A DNA stretch of 64,000 nt from Armatimonadota bacterium (GCA_029551395.1 JAKPFN010000140.1:177-64176), one strand, 5' to 3'. Positions 1 to 10,488 are shown, counted from the first letter of the stretch. Numbers and translations: made by a program. Notes: a model not told the origin generated them from the sequence alone.

Positions 1-64
1 ACTGTAGTCAAGCATAATCGCCTCATGAGCACCACATGGCGTCGTGCCTATAACAACACCAACA

Positions 65-361
65 TCAGGCACCAATCAGGTAGCTGCTGCCTAGTTCCGC
101 GTCGATGCCATTCTTACCGCCAATCCCATATACACACATTACTTCTACATGATCAGGCGCCCAACCGGTGGGCTCCTTTGTTGGGAAACAACTTAGCGCA
201 GGTGAGCCTCCATTTTTGACTCGAAGCAGTTCAATATACGATTTTGGAAGCTTGTAACCCAACTCTTTCTCTGCATTCTGAACCATCTCGTCAGTAAGCG
301 GCGGTCCAGTGTAGTAATCGCCATCATCAAACCAGTCTTTGAAATTAACCATTGTTTTCAT
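65..361 (-). CDS. SMI1/KNR4 (SUKH-1) family immunity-like protein, 98 aa
   Basis: The segment TDEMVQNAEKELGYKLPKSYIELLRVKNGG matches the N-terminal SMI1/KNR4 signature. The ORF is complete and sits near the window edge. Confidence 0.55.
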   Translation of the reverse strand: MKTMVNFKDWFDDGDYYTGPPLTDEMVQNAEKELGYKLPKSYIELLRVKNGGSPALSCFPTKEPTGWAPDHVEVMCVYGIGGKNGIDAELGSSYLIGA

Positions 362-390
362 CCTTTCATCAGCTTTATTGGTACAAAGGT

Positions 391-1020
391 CTATTCTTCC
401 TTCTCCTGGTCTCCATTGAAGATATCTAAAGCAGACATTAAAGCAGTGAGTATAATTGCCCCAAGAACCAAGCCTGCAAGCACATCAGAAGGATGATGAT
501 AGCTCAGATAGACTCTAGACCATCCGGTAGCTAGAATTAATACTGCCAAAACAGACACAATAACAATCCGAATCCAGGCAACAGGGATATATCTCAAAGC
601 CGCGTATGCCATCAGGCCGAATATCACTGTGCCTGCTGTGGTATGCCCGCTTGGGAAGCTGTCGCATGGGAGATCGGGAAGCGGCCGAGGTCTGCAGAAG
701 ATATACTTGAACACCCAGGTTACAATCGACGTGACAAGCGGCGCTACAGCTACGATGACAGCCGCCAGCCACCTGTGGCGAACAAGTCCAATGAACAATG
801 CCAAAGGCAAGAGGATCAGCCCTTTTATCGGGTAAAGAAACGCGTCATTCAACAGCAAGGCAAGACGATTCAATATCGGAGCGCGATGCGCGGCAACCAG
901 CAATCGCACTGCTCTATCGATGCCATCGACCCAGCCCATTATCATGCAAATAGATAGCAGTATGAAAATCAATGAGAAAACGATAATCGCCAGTCTTTTA
1001 CGCTTATCTATCGATTTCAC
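391..1020 (-). CDS. PAP2 family membrane phosphatase
   Basis: PAP2 motifs are present: KYIFCRPRP, PSGH and SRVYLSYHHPSD. There are multiple predicted TM helices. Confidence 0.8.
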   Translation of the reverse strand: MKSIDKRKRLAIIVFSLIFILLSICMIMGWVDGIDRAVRLLVAAHRAPILNRLALLLNDAFLYPIKGLILLPLALFIGLVRHRWLAAVIVAVAPLVTSIVTWVFKYIFCRPRPLPDLPCDSFPSGHTTAGTVIFGLMAYAALRYIPVAWIRIVIVSVLAVLILATGWSRVYLSYHHPSDVLAGLVLGAIILTALMSALDIFNGDQEKEE

Positions 1021-1077
1021 CCTCTATAAGATAAGGGGACGAACACCCTCTCAATAAGTATCCGTCCCCTTTTTCTA

Positions 1078-2433
1078 TCATTGTGTCGCTATACTCAGGT
1101 TTGAGAACAGGATGTGTGGTATGCAGAGGCCGCTGTGCATCGGATGACACTTGTTTTCTATTGCATCAATGCGCTTGAAAGCCTCGAATACATTGCCGGA
1201 GACCATAACGTCCTTCACCCGGCCTACAAGCTCTCCGTTTTCGATTTTGATGCCAAAGTGGACATTGCCAGAGATGCTTCCACCTCTTACATTGCCTGAC
1301 CACGCACCAAGAGTCTGGTCGATGAGCAGCCCATACTTCACTCCTTTAATCATCTCCTCAAGCGAAGCATCGCCCGGTTCGAATATAATCGCGTTGTAGT
1401 TCGGGTTCGGCAAGCTGCTGAGTCCTCTCTGCCCGTTTCCGGTAGGAGACTTACCAGCCTTGGCTGCACTTTCAAGATCATAGATGAAGTTCTTCACTAC
1501 ACCTTTCTCAACAAGCGGCATGCGGCTGGTTGGAACGCCTTCGTCATCAAACGGACGCGCCCCTGTAGAGAAATCCTGCGTGGCATCGTCATATATCGAA
1601 ACTCTCGGGTCAAACTCCTGCTTGCCCAGCTTGTCCGAGACAGGCGTCGCTCCCTGCAGGACCTCTTTGCCGTTGAAAGCCATCAGAAGCGGCATATCAA
1701 ATGTCATCGCAAACCCTTTGGGAGTAAACAGCACCGGCATCTCTCTGGTATCGATAGGAACTACATTCCTCCCAAGCTTAGCCATAGCGATAATCTTAGA
1801 TGCCACTTCTGCCGCTTCCAGCTTGCTCCGGGAGTCTCTTCCATCCCATACCTGCAGCATGTCCGTACCGCGGATTACTTCCATTCCTCCGCCCATGCCG
1901 TAGTAAGTGGCTGTATAGGTTACATCCAAGCCCTGCGTATTAACGAGCCTGCGCCGCCCAATCGCCTTTTCTACCTCGACTGAGCATTGAGCATCAGGTT
2001 CCGCCTGTTTAATGGCATCAACAATCTCCTGACCGGTGGCTACAAGTTCCTCAACCGTCAGGTTGGCTACCGCAGCATCGTATAGGTTAATCTTTGGAAG
2101 AGATTCCGGCTGTGACGGCAGTTCAAACACAGCTTTCTGGCCGAATTCAGCCGTTTCAACCGCAAATCTGACCAAATCCTCTGCCGCATCCGGTTTGGTG
2201 GTAGATGAAAAGCCGATTTTACCATCCTTGATAATCCGCAGCGCATAACCCTTAACAGACCGCGTAGATGCAGACTTCAGCTTGTTGTTCTCAAACTGAA
2301 CCGGGGTCTCTTCGCTCTCGACCTCGAACACCTCAGCGTCCTGCGCAACGCGCGAAGCCAACTCAAGTATTTTCTCTATCATCTTATTGTCCTCCCACCA
2401 CGCAGTCTTTGATCCTGATGTGCGGGCCTGCAA
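1078..2433 (-). CDS. pmbA: PmbA/TldE (peptidase U62 modulator of DNA gyrase family)
   Basis: It shows TldD/PmbA family similarity across its full length. It is paired with tldD and overlaps it by ~50 nt. Confidence 0.8.
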   Translation of the reverse strand: MQARTSGSKTAWWEDNKMIEKILELASRVAQDAEVFEVESEETPVQFENNKLKSASTRSVKGYALRIIKDGKIGFSSTTKPDAAEDLVRFAVETAEFGQKAVFELPSQPESLPKINLYDAAVANLTVEELVATGQEIVDAIKQAEPDAQCSVEVEKAIGRRRLVNTQGLDVTYTATYYGMGGGMEVIRGTDMLQVWDGRDSRSKLEAAEVASKIIAMAKLGRNVVPIDTREMPVLFTPKGFAMTFDMPLLMAFNGKEVLQGATPVSDKLGKQEFDPRVSIYDDATQDFSTGARPFDDEGVPTSRMPLVEKGVVKNFIYDLESAAKAGKSPTGNGQRGLSSLPNPNYNAIIFEPGDASLEEMIKGVKYGLLIDQTLGAWSGNVRGGSISGNVHFGIKIENGELVGRVKDVMVSGNVFEAFKRIDAIENKCHPMHSGLCIPHILFSNLSIATQ

Positions 2434-3805
2434 ATCCTACCGGCAGCGGAGACTGTCCGCCTTTGCCGCATCCTCCACCTCGTTTCGGCCAATACAGGTC
2501 ATTACCGATGGCGTCGATATTCTCGAGCGTCGTGAAAACATTTCCAGTCAGGTTGACTCCGCGCACCCGCTCCGCAATCTTGCCTTTTCGGATCATAAAC
2601 GCTTCCTTGGCTGAGAAAGTAAACACCTCACCGGATGTCTGTCCACCTCGGCTGTCTATTACATAAAGCCCCTCATCGATATCCGAAATCATATCCTCAA
2701 ACGAGACATTTCCAGGAGCGATGTAGGTGTTGGTCATCCTGACGATTGGCGGGAATGTGTAATCCAGGGCACGAGCATTACCTGTAGGAGCCTCACCCAT
2801 CTTGGCTGCGCTTTCTCTCGAATGCAGCCTGCCAACAAGCACGCCTTCTCTGATAAGGTAAGTCGGCGTCTTCGGAACACCTTCGTTGTCATACTTGATT
2901 GTCCCGCCGCTTCCAGGAACATCAGCGCCATCCAGAATGTTCAGATGAGTGCCGCCAAACCGTCTTCCGAGGACCATCAACTCTCTAAGCTGAGGATTCT
3001 CCGCCATATCATCCGCTTCTGACAGATGACCAAAGGCCTCATGGGCAAAAATCCCTGTCAGCGCCGGGTCTGCGATGACTGTGTAGGTTCCACTCACGAC
3101 TTTCGGAGCTGAAAGCGAGTCCAGTGCTGCCTGGGTCATCGCGCGAACCTCATCATGCCGGTTCTCAGCAACTCCGTAGTCTATTGTGGATGAAAAAGTG
3201 AAGTGGTTCGGCTGGATTATATCGCCTTCCCGTGCAACTGCTTCAGCTACGCCTCTGACAAACACTCGCTCAGTGTCAATCCAAGTGCCATCTGAGTTGA
3301 TGTAGTAGACATGGGTATAGGAATCCCCATAGCCCACGCTGCTGGTCTGAATCTTGTCTCCAAGCGATAGAATGATATCCGTATACTCTTCTACAAGCCG
3401 CTTCTTGTCGGCTAGCGAGATGCTTCTGGGGTCTTTTATTACCTCAGGACGAATCTCGTCAACTACCGGTGCTACTTCGGCAAGCTGAGTCTTGTCTTTC
3501 CCGACCAATCTGGCCTGCCGCACTGCAAGCTGGACCTTTTCTTTCAGATTATCCAGGCTGTTGAAAGATACGAACCCCCAGCCACCATTAACCGCCGCTC
3601 GAACATTGCCGCCAAAGCCGGATGTCCGGCTGAGCTGGTCAAGTTCTCGTTTCCGATAACTGATGGATGTGCGCTCGCTCTCTTCGACCCGGATTTCCAC
3701 ATAATCTGCGCCGTGGCCCTTAAGCGCATCACTCAATATATTTCGCATGTTTCCTCCTGATTCGGAGATTATGAATATGGCCGGATGAACACTGTCTCCA
3801 GCCAT
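2384..3805 (-). CDS. tldD: TldD metalloprotease
   Basis: It carries the HEAFGHLSEAD (HExxxH) motif and C-terminal GGG-rich motifs typical of TldD. Confidence 0.85.
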   Translation of the reverse strand: MAGDSVHPAIFIISESGGNMRNILSDALKGHGADYVEIRVEESERTSISYRKRELDQLSRTSGFGGNVRAAVNGGWGFVSFNSLDNLKEKVQLAVRQARLVGKDKTQLAEVAPVVDEIRPEVIKDPRSISLADKKRLVEEYTDIILSLGDKIQTSSVGYGDSYTHVYYINSDGTWIDTERVFVRGVAEAVAREGDIIQPNHFTFSSTIDYGVAENRHDEVRAMTQAALDSLSAPKVVSGTYTVIADPALTGIFAHEAFGHLSEADDMAENPQLRELMVLGRRFGGTHLNILDGADVPGSGGTIKYDNEGVPKTPTYLIREGVLVGRLHSRESAAKMGEAPTGNARALDYTFPPIVRMTNTYIAPGNVSFEDMISDIDEGLYVIDSRGGQTSGEVFTFSAKEAFMIRKGKIAERVRGVNLTGNVFTTLENIDAIGNDLYWPKRGGGCGKGGQSPLPVGFAGPHIRIKDCVVGGQ

Positions 3806-3849
3806 ATTTCATTAGAGTTGTTGTCTTGTCCGGTTAAAATATAAGCCGA

Positions 3850-4926
3850 TTAGCTTATTACAATGATATCCTTGGTTGCTTCTGTCAGGATTTCGACGCC
3901 TGAATCGGTGACGACGACATCATCTTCTATCCTCACACCGCCCCAACCTTCTATATAGATTCCCGGCTCGACCGTAAGAATCATTCCAGGCTTAAGGATG
4001 GTCTCGCTTTCAGGTGTAAAGCCCGGACCATCATTCTTCGGGATATTGTGACCTAGGTTATGGATAAAATACTCGCCGTAACCTTTGGATGCTATGTAAT
4101 TTCTGGCTACCGCGTCTATCTCTTTACCCTTTTTACCAGGCCGGATGGCATCGATAGCGGCAAGCTGCGCTTCTAAAACCACATTATAGACTTCTCGCTG
4201 CTTCTCATCCGGCTCTCCTAAAAACACTGTCCGGGTAAGATCAGAAAGATAACCGTTCACTACAGCGCCAAAATCTACTTTGACCATCTGACCGCGCTCT
4301 ACAACTGTATCTGTAGGTTTGAAATGCGGAACAGCAGCGTGCGGGCCAGCCGCGACAATGCTCTCGAACGCCAGTTGATCGCTCCCATGCTCGAACAGGT
4401 ATTTGACTATCTCGAAAGATATCTCCCGTTCAGTCATCCCTGGCTTGATAACTGTTACCAGATGATTGAAACAGTCATCAGCCATCTTGACAGCCTTTCT
4501 GGTCAGCTCTATCTCATAAGGCTCCTTAACAATCCTTACTTCCTCGATTGTCCTTTGAACAGGTATGAGTTCAATACTGTCCGAAACCAGTTCTCTCAAA
4601 CGCATAAAGCTGCTGTAGTTGAGATAATCACTCTCAAAACCGACACGCTTCGCCCCAAGCTTATTTAACTGTCCTGAAGCTGCCTCAAACGGGTCTATGG
4701 CCTGGTGATATTCGACAATCTCGAACCCTTTTGCCTGTTGAGTTGCTTGAAGTATATATCTACCATCTACCAGCAGAATAGCACGGTCAGGTGTGATGAC
4801 TACAGTGCCCATACTGCCAGAAAATCCGCTTACATACCATATGTTTGAGATGTTGTTTATTAGAAGCGCGTCTATATTTCGCTTCTCCATCTGCTGCCGT
4901 ACTTTTTGCAATCTTGCGCCGTTCAC
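3850..4926 (-). CDS. Xaa-Pro aminopeptidase (M24 family)
   Basis: It has a creatinase/prolidase N-domain and a pita-bread fold C-domain, including the HNLGHNI motif. Confidence 0.8.
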   Translation of the reverse strand: MNGARLQKVRQQMEKRNIDALLINNISNIWYVSGFSGSMGTVVITPDRAILLVDGRYILQATQQAKGFEIVEYHQAIDPFEAASGQLNKLGAKRVGFESDYLNYSSFMRLRELVSDSIELIPVQRTIEEVRIVKEPYEIELTRKAVKMADDCFNHLVTVIKPGMTEREISFEIVKYLFEHGSDQLAFESIVAAGPHAAVPHFKPTDTVVERGQMVKVDFGAVVNGYLSDLTRTVFLGEPDEKQREVYNVVLEAQLAAIDAIRPGKKGKEIDAVARNYIASKGYGEYFIHNLGHNIPKNDGPGFTPESETILKPGMILTVEPGIYIEGWGGVRIEDDVVVTDSGVEILTEATKDIIVIS

Positions 4927-5167
4927 TTTACTTCTCCTTTAGCTTAAGACAGATGACTAACCTGCCGACGGACTAATCGTCTGCAACAATGTGGCCGGTT
5001 GGCTCAGGCCAAGTGAAGATTACCGCATATTATTAGATAAGGCAAGGGCAATTTTGATAGATATTCTCGAATCCGGTGTCTGCAAAATACTGCGTGCAGA
5101 CTGAGAAAAACGCTGAATATCCAGCGTCCTGAGTGGCTCCTCAGCCTTTGAATTCCTGTTGAATAAG

Positions 5168-5196
5168 TTGCTGCAATCGAACATTTGTGCTATAAT
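5168..5196 (+). promoter_or_regulatory. Putative sigma70 promoter of recA with a Cheo-type LexA-like box between the -35 and -10 elements
   Basis: The -35 element is TTGCTG at 5168-5173. The box CGAACATTTGTGC (GAAC-N4-GTKC) is at 5178-5190. The -10 element TATAAT is at 5191-5196, about 165 nt upstream of recA. Confidence 0.35.
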
Positions 5197-5360
5197 ATGG
5201 AAGTAGAAATTGCCGGTTCCTGACAAGTTAAGTTTGATTTCTGGCCAAGAATTAATCCTCTCATATTCTTCCCACTATTCCCGTACTTGGCCATAACTGT
5301 CTCTGGAACAGGCGCTTCTCGTGACGACGCACAGAACATCCGTGCGTCATAGGAGGAATC

Positions 5361-6398
5361 GTGGAAAAAAATAAAGCTCTGGAAATGGCGCTCTCACAAA
5401 TCGAGAAGCAATTCGGAAAAGGCTCTGTTATGAAGCTTGGTGAAGCCACTGGGGCAGCCGTTGAAGTAATTCCTACCGGCGCGCTGCCAGTTGATATTGC
5501 TCTTGGTGTTGGAGGTATCCCGCGCGGGAGAATGACTGAAATCTACGGCCCCGAAGCATCCGGCAAGACAACGCTCGGACTGCACATCATAGCCGAAGCC
5601 CAAAAAGCCGGCGGAGTCGCAGCTTTCATCGATGCCGAGCACGCCGTCGATCCTGAATATGCCAGGAATCTGGGAGTCAATGTCGACGAGCTTTTGGTAG
5701 CTCAACCTGGAACTGGTGAAGAGGCTCTGGAAATAGTAGATGGACTGGTCCGCAGCGGGGCCGTAGATGTAATCGTCATCGATTCGGTTGCAGCGCTGGT
5801 TCCCAAGGCGGAAGTCGAAGGAGACATGGGAGATTCCCACGTCGGTCTTCAGGCAAGGCTGATGTCACAGGCTCTGCGCAAGCTTGCATCGTCTGCCGCC
5901 AAGTCTAGAACAGCTATTGTCTTTATCAACCAAATCAGGGAAAAGATTGGGGTGATGTTCGGAAATCCCGAAACCACTCCGGGCGGAAGAGCCTTGAAGT
6001 TCTGGGCATCCATCCGCATAGAAGTCCGAAGAGTAGACAGCTTGAAGCTGGGATCTGAACTTGTCGGCAATAGAACCAGAGCCAAGATTGTCAAAAACAA
6101 GGTTGCGCCTCCGTTCCGCCAGGCTGAGTTTGACATCATGTTCGGCCGAGGCGTCTCAAAAGCAGGCGCTATCCTCGATATGGCAGTTGAAGCCGGAATT
6201 GTTGATAAGTCCGGTACCTGGTTTACTTATGACAACCTGCGGATGGCTCAGGGCAGGGAGAACGCAAAGGCATTCCTTGAAGAAAATCCTGAAATTGCAG
6301 AAGAAATCGAGCAGAAAATCCGCCAGCAGACTAGAAGTGCAGCATCTGTCCTTGAGGCCTCGGAGGATGATTCCGAAGATGCAAAGGCAGCAGCGTAA
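5361..6398 (+). CDS. recA: Recombinase RecA
   Basis: The Walker A motif GPEASGKTT and the L1/L2 loops are present. It uses a GTG start with the SD sequence TAGGAGGA. Confidence 0.98.
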   Translation: MEKNKALEMALSQIEKQFGKGSVMKLGEATGAAVEVIPTGALPVDIALGVGGIPRGRMTEIYGPEASGKTTLGLHIIAEAQKAGGVAAFIDAEHAVDPEYARNLGVNVDELLVAQPGTGEEALEIVDGLVRSGAVDVIVIDSVAALVPKAEVEGDMGDSHVGLQARLMSQALRKLASSAAKSRTAIVFINQIREKIGVMFGNPETTPGGRALKFWASIRIEVRRVDSLKLGSELVGNRTRAKIVKNKVAPPFRQAEFDIMFGRGVSKAGAILDMAVEAGIVDKSGTWFTYDNLRMAQGRENAKAFLEENPEIAEEIEQKIRQQTRSAASVLEASEDDSEDAKAAA

Positions 6399-6481
6399 GA
6401 TAATGGAGGTAGTGGGTCGGTGAGCTTGAATCGAGTTGCACATCCGCGACTTATCAGACTCACCATGATCCTTTACATATT

Positions 6482-7033
6482 ATGTTTGATGTAAAAAAGT
6501 ACCTGATACGGATTCAGGGCCGAAAAGAGTATCTCCCAGTCGCAGCAAGACTGGTGTGGTTTCGTGAAGAGCATCCTGACTGGGCAATCATCACAGAACC
6601 GGTTGCCATAGACATCGAGAAGGGTTTTGCCATCTTCAAGGCCACCATTCAGAATGCAGAAGGTAAGCCTATCGGTTCAGGAACCAAGATGGAAACAGCC
6701 CGAGGGTTTGGAGACTTTGTCGAGAAGGCAGAAACCGGATCCATTGGCCGCGCTCTTGCAGTCTGCGGCTATGGGACCCAATTTGCCCCGGAACTCGATG
6801 AAGGCGAACGGATTGTAGATAGCCCTCAGCCAATCGGGAAGCCTGCTTATTCGGAAGTTGGGTCAAAGAGCGGACAGACCGAGAAATTCCAGTGTTCCAA
6901 CGAAGACTGTGCGCGAGACATAACCAAAGGTCAGTACGAGTACAGTCAGAAGACCTTTGGCCAACCACTTTGTCCAAGTTGTCAGAGACAGCGTTCCGGA
7001 GGCTCTAAAGGCTTCCTTTCATTGAACGAATAA
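6482..7033 (+). CDS. Rad52/Rad22-like single-strand annealing protein with C-terminal zinc ribbon
   Basis: The segments YLPVAARLVWFREEHPDW and KAETGSIGRALAVCGYGTQF resemble the Rad52 annealing-domain helix. The C-terminus has CSNEDC...CPSC. The gene sits directly downstream of recA. Confidence 0.55.
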   Translation: MFDVKKYLIRIQGRKEYLPVAARLVWFREEHPDWAIITEPVAIDIEKGFAIFKATIQNAEGKPIGSGTKMETARGFGDFVEKAETGSIGRALAVCGYGTQFAPELDEGERIVDSPQPIGKPAYSEVGSKSGQTEKFQCSNEDCARDITKGQYEYSQKTFGQPLCPSCQRQRSGGSKGFLSLNE

Positions 7034-7054
7034 CAATCAGTCAGATAAACCAAA

Positions 7055-7080
7055 GGGGCACCAGTAAAAACTGGTGCCCC
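7055..7080. terminator. Bidirectional hairpin terminator
   Basis: A perfect 10-bp stem (ggggcaccag / ctggtgcccc) with a 6-nt loop lies between convergent genes. Confidence 0.5.
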
Positions 7081-7105
7081 GAATAATTACAATTATTCTC
7101 TAATA

Positions 7106-7861
7106 TTATTCGACAGAAGGATTATACAGCTTCGAATAAGGATTATCGTAATAAATAGCGTAGTTAGAAACCCGCTCAGTATCGCTTACTGCTACAGAAA
7201 CCACATGACCATCCAGCATCAGGCAGTTAACGCATTTTGCAGCCGACTCCGTACTGTCTTTTACGCCCTTATGGAAGTTGATTCCCCAGTCTCGCAGGAG
7301 AATGTCCCTGGTAGGTTTCATCCACAATTCAGGACGTCGTGGGGTGTTCGGTGCTGTAAATCCAGCAGCTACATCAGTGTGAGTATCTGCAACGTTTGCG
7401 CTCTGTGTTGCCAGATATGCATTGTAAGGGTACCAATAGCTTGAAAAAGATACCTCATTAAACCGCCATCTTGGAGGTTCTTCAGCTCGTCCTTTGTCTC
7501 CGGGACAAATCCAAACCCGCTTCGGATGACCTTCTGGCTTAACAGGCGGCTGCTTGGTATATTGAAACAGAGGATTTACGCGAAGTGTCCAGTCTACGGT
7601 TCTCGGACCAGGAATGGAATAACCGTTGTTGTCGTCAAGGTACATACGGAAAGAGGTGCCAAGCTCCTTAAGGTTTGCGACACAACTCCGCATCTTGGCG
7701 CCTTCCTGAGCCTGGAGTAAGACAGGCACGAGTATGCCCGCAAGTATGGCAATTATTGCCATAACTACAAGCAGCTCTGCAAGTGAAAATCCACTTGCGC
7801 CTTTCACTCTTATCCCTCTCCTGTACCTGTACCCGTCTAATCGCGGGCCTTTGTTGACCAT
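7106..7861 (-). CDS. Prepilin-type N-terminal cleavage/methylation domain protein, DUF1559-like
   Basis: The N-terminus reads GFSLAELLVVMAIIAILAGIL and the C-terminus has LMLDGHVV. This is typical of DUF1559 pilin-like proteins. Confidence 0.75.
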   Translation of the reverse strand: MVNKGPRLDGYRYRRGIRVKGASGFSLAELLVVMAIIAILAGILVPVLLQAQEGAKMRSCVANLKELGTSFRMYLDDNNGYSIPGPRTVDWTLRVNPLFQYTKQPPVKPEGHPKRVWICPGDKGRAEEPPRWRFNEVSFSSYWYPYNAYLATQSANVADTHTDVAAGFTAPNTPRRPELWMKPTRDILLRDWGINFHKGVKDSTESAAKCVNCLMLDGHVVSVAVSDTERVSNYAIYYDNPYSKLYNPSVE

Positions 7862-8098
7862 CCCACTTCTCCGGGCGACCTTCAGTTCTAAACCTGAAGA
7901 ACTATACCCACAATTGCAGGCATTTAATACATTGCAATGCGATAATCACACCATTACTCGCCCATCGCACTATAGCATGTCTGCTACAAGATGTCAATAG
8001 CTCGACCGGTAGAATAAAAATATTTTTTTAAGATTGCTTTAGCTTCTCTTAGGATTATCGGTAAATACCAGTAGAATTACCAGAGTACACTGCAATTC

Positions 8099-8725
8099 CT
8101 ACTTCTTTGACCCCTCAACCATCCGGACAAAATACTCATGCACCCTGGAATCATCCGTAAGCTCAGGATGAAACGCTGCAGCCAGACAGTTGTTCTCACG
8201 CACAAGCACTACCCGGCCATCTTCCAACTGAGCAAGCACCTTCACACAATCCTGAATCGAAGTAATTATAGGCGCACGAATGAAAACCGCCCTAACCGGT
8301 TCCTCACCTATCTCTGGAATATCCAGATCAGTCTCAAAGCTGTCAATCTGCCTGCCGAATGCGTTCCGCCGGACGGTTATATCCATCAAGCCCAGCCTCG
8401 GTTGGTCACTGCCTTCTATATCCTTTGCCAGCAGGATCGCGCCCGTACACGTCCCAAAGACAGGCATGCCTTCCCCTGCCCGTTCGATAATAACCTTGTC
8501 CACGCCAAAGCGCGACATCAGTTTACCGACAGTTGTGCTTTCTCCTCCGGGTATGATCAGCCCGTCGAGGCTCATAATCTCCTCAGGCAGCCTGACGGCA
8601 GCGGTTTGTACACCTAGACGCTCCAGGGTCTGGATATGTCTTGCAAAGTCTCCCTGGAGCGCCAGAACGCCAATCTTCAGATCTTTCCTACCAGCCACGA
8701 GATGCCAGCAACTCCTTTTCATCAA
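8099..8725 (-). CDS. pdxT: Pyridoxal 5'-phosphate synthase glutaminase subunit PdxT
   Basis: It contains [11 protein letters not shown]...PGGESTT and a class I GATase Cys-His pair. The true start is probably the internal GTG near 8698. Confidence 0.9.
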   Translation of the reverse strand: MMKRSCWHLVAGRKDLKIGVLALQGDFARHIQTLERLGVQTAAVRLPEEIMSLDGLIIPGGESTTVGKLMSRFGVDKVIIERAGEGMPVFGTCTGAILLAKDIEGSDQPRLGLMDITVRRNAFGRQIDSFETDLDIPEIGEEPVRAVFIRAPIITSIQDCVKVLAQLEDGRVVLVRENNCLAAAFHPELTDDSRVHEYFVRMVEGSKK

Positions 8726-9578
8726 GCTGACGGATGTCTATGCCGGACATCGGAGTTCCCAGACCCTTTGATAGCTCTGCGAGTATCTCCGGCTTGTCGT
8801 AATGTGTTGTAGCTTCGACGATTGCCTTCGCGCGCGGCGCAGGATCTTCGGATTTGAATATCCCTGAACCTACAAATACGGCTTCAGCACCAAGCTGCAT
8901 CATCAGTGCTGCATCAGCCGGAGTGGCTACACCACCAGCAGAGAAGTTCGGCACCGGAAGCTTTCCAGTCTTATGGATTTCGACTACCAGTTCATACGGA
9001 GCGCCCAGATTCTTTGCTGTGGTCATAAGCTCATCTTCTGACATACTCTGGATGCGTCTTATCTCGCTCATGACGCTTCGCATATGGCGAACGGCCTCCA
9101 CTATATTGCCCGATCCGGCCTCACCTTTGGTCCGAATCATCGCAGCGCCTTCACCAATCCTCCTGAGCGCTTCTCCAAGATCTCTGCATCCGCATACAAA
9201 CGGCACATTGAACTTGTGCTTGTCTATATGATACATCTCGTCCGCTGGTGTCAGGACTTCAGACTCGTCTATATAGTCTACCCCGAGCGCTTCGAGTATC
9301 TGTGCTTCCACAAAGTGCCCGATTCTCGCTTTTGCCATAACCGGAATAGTCACGGCTGACATGATCTCCAGGATCTTCTCGGGGTCGGCCATCCGCGCGA
9401 CTCCGCCTTCTTTACGAATATCCGCAGGTACTCTCTCAAGTGCCATAACAGCCACTGCACCGGCATCTTCGGCTATCTTTGCTTGTTCGGCCGTGGTAAC
9501 GTCCATTATGACGCCGCCCTTCAACATCTCGGCCAATCCAACTTTTGTTCTCCAGGTAGATTTCTCTGTATCGGTCAT
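8688..9578 (-). CDS. pdxS: Pyridoxal 5'-phosphate synthase lyase subunit PdxS
   Basis: It contains [35 protein letters not shown] and shows full-length PdxS/SNZ similarity. Confidence 0.95.
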   Translation of the reverse strand: MTDTEKSTWRTKVGLAEMLKGGVIMDVTTAEQAKIAEDAGAVAVMALERVPADIRKEGGVARMADPEKILEIMSAVTIPVMAKARIGHFVEAQILEALGVDYIDESEVLTPADEMYHIDKHKFNVPFVCGCRDLGEALRRIGEGAAMIRTKGEAGSGNIVEAVRHMRSVMSEIRRIQSMSEDELMTTAKNLGAPYELVVEIHKTGKLPVPNFSAGGVATPADAALMMQLGAEAVFVGSGIFKSEDPAPRAKAIVEATTHYDKPEILAELSKGLGTPMSGIDIRQLDEKELLASRGW

Positions 9579-9753
9579 TACTTGCTCACTTCCTCAAATG
9601 TTCAACTCCAAATATAAATAATACCAGAAATCGAGTGGAAAGGGAAAAGAGTAAAGTGTAAAGTCAGATGCCTTGGTGCGTATTTTATGCTTAGGCATCT
9701 AAGGCACTGTAATTATAGAACTTTTCACTTTCCACTCTATCTTTACACTGTCC

Positions 9754-10488
9754 TCAATCCTTGTCTTTGCCTCGAATACCGTCTACGGTCAGGTTGATAT
9801 CAGGAAAACCATTTACTGCCGGTTTTATTTTGCCTGCAGCAAGATGTTGAACATGACCGTCGGCAAAAAGGTAGTTCCTTGACCCCTGCCAGCTCCACCA
9901 GGTTACCTTTTCATCTGAATGATTGCTCAACCAGTCTGCCACCATAGCTTTTTTTGATGGATAGATAACCTCGGAAGCCGACTGCGGCATACATACCGGG
10001 CCTGGAGTCGATGGATTCCACAACTGAGCCGTAGTCATCGTGTTTATCTGCTCAGGAGTGTGGAAAAACGCCGCCGAATACGCATAAGAAGTCGAATCCC
10101 ACATCTGCCGGGCCGATGTATCGCTCGGACATATCAATACCCCGCCGGTTACATTGCCAACAGACTTATGGGGATCATCAGGGGCATCCGGATCCCTGTT
10201 TGCCGTGAGGGCCAGATACTTGCGGAGCGGCCATCGCCACCGCCTGCCCAACCATAGGTATGGATCGTCTATATTCGGATAAACACTGTTCCAATCAGCC
10301 AGATAAAGAGAAAACGCCTGGCCGATTTGCTTCAGGTTAGACTGGCACTTTGCTCTGGATGCTGTCGCGCGAGCGTTGGTGTAGATTGGAAAAAGGATTG
10401 CTGCCAGTAGAGCGATTATGGCAATAACGACAAGAAGCTCCACGAGTGAAAACCCATGGAGCTTCCGAATTCTAGTATAAATTATCAC
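9754..10488 (-). CDS. Prepilin-type N-terminal cleavage/methylation domain protein, DUF1559-like
   Basis: The N-terminus reads GFSLVELLVVIAIIALLAAIL and the C-terminus has YLFADGHVQHL. Confidence 0.75.
   Translation of the reverse strand: MIIYTRIRKLHGFSLVELLVVIAIIALLAAILFPIYTNARATASRAKCQSNLKQIGQAFSLYLADWNSVYPNIDDPYLWLGRRWRWPLRKYLALTANRDPDAPDDPHKSVGNVTGGVLICPSDTSARQMWDSTSYAYSAAFFHTPEQINTMTTAQLWNPSTPGPVCMPQSASEVIYPSKKAMVADWLSNHSDEKVTWWSWQGSRNYLFADGHVQHLAAGKIKPAVNGFPDINLTVDGIRGKDKD

Noticed and set aside
5394-6466. Several minus- and plus-strand ORFs overlapping recA (148, 96, 120, 95 and 72 aa)
   Set aside because: They are antisense or alternate-frame ORFs inside a highly conserved gene. They have no SD and low-complexity products.
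6482-7033. Prophage origin for the Rad52-like gene
   Set aside because: There are no integrase, capsid, terminase or att-like sequences nearby. The gene is embedded between recA and housekeeping genes.
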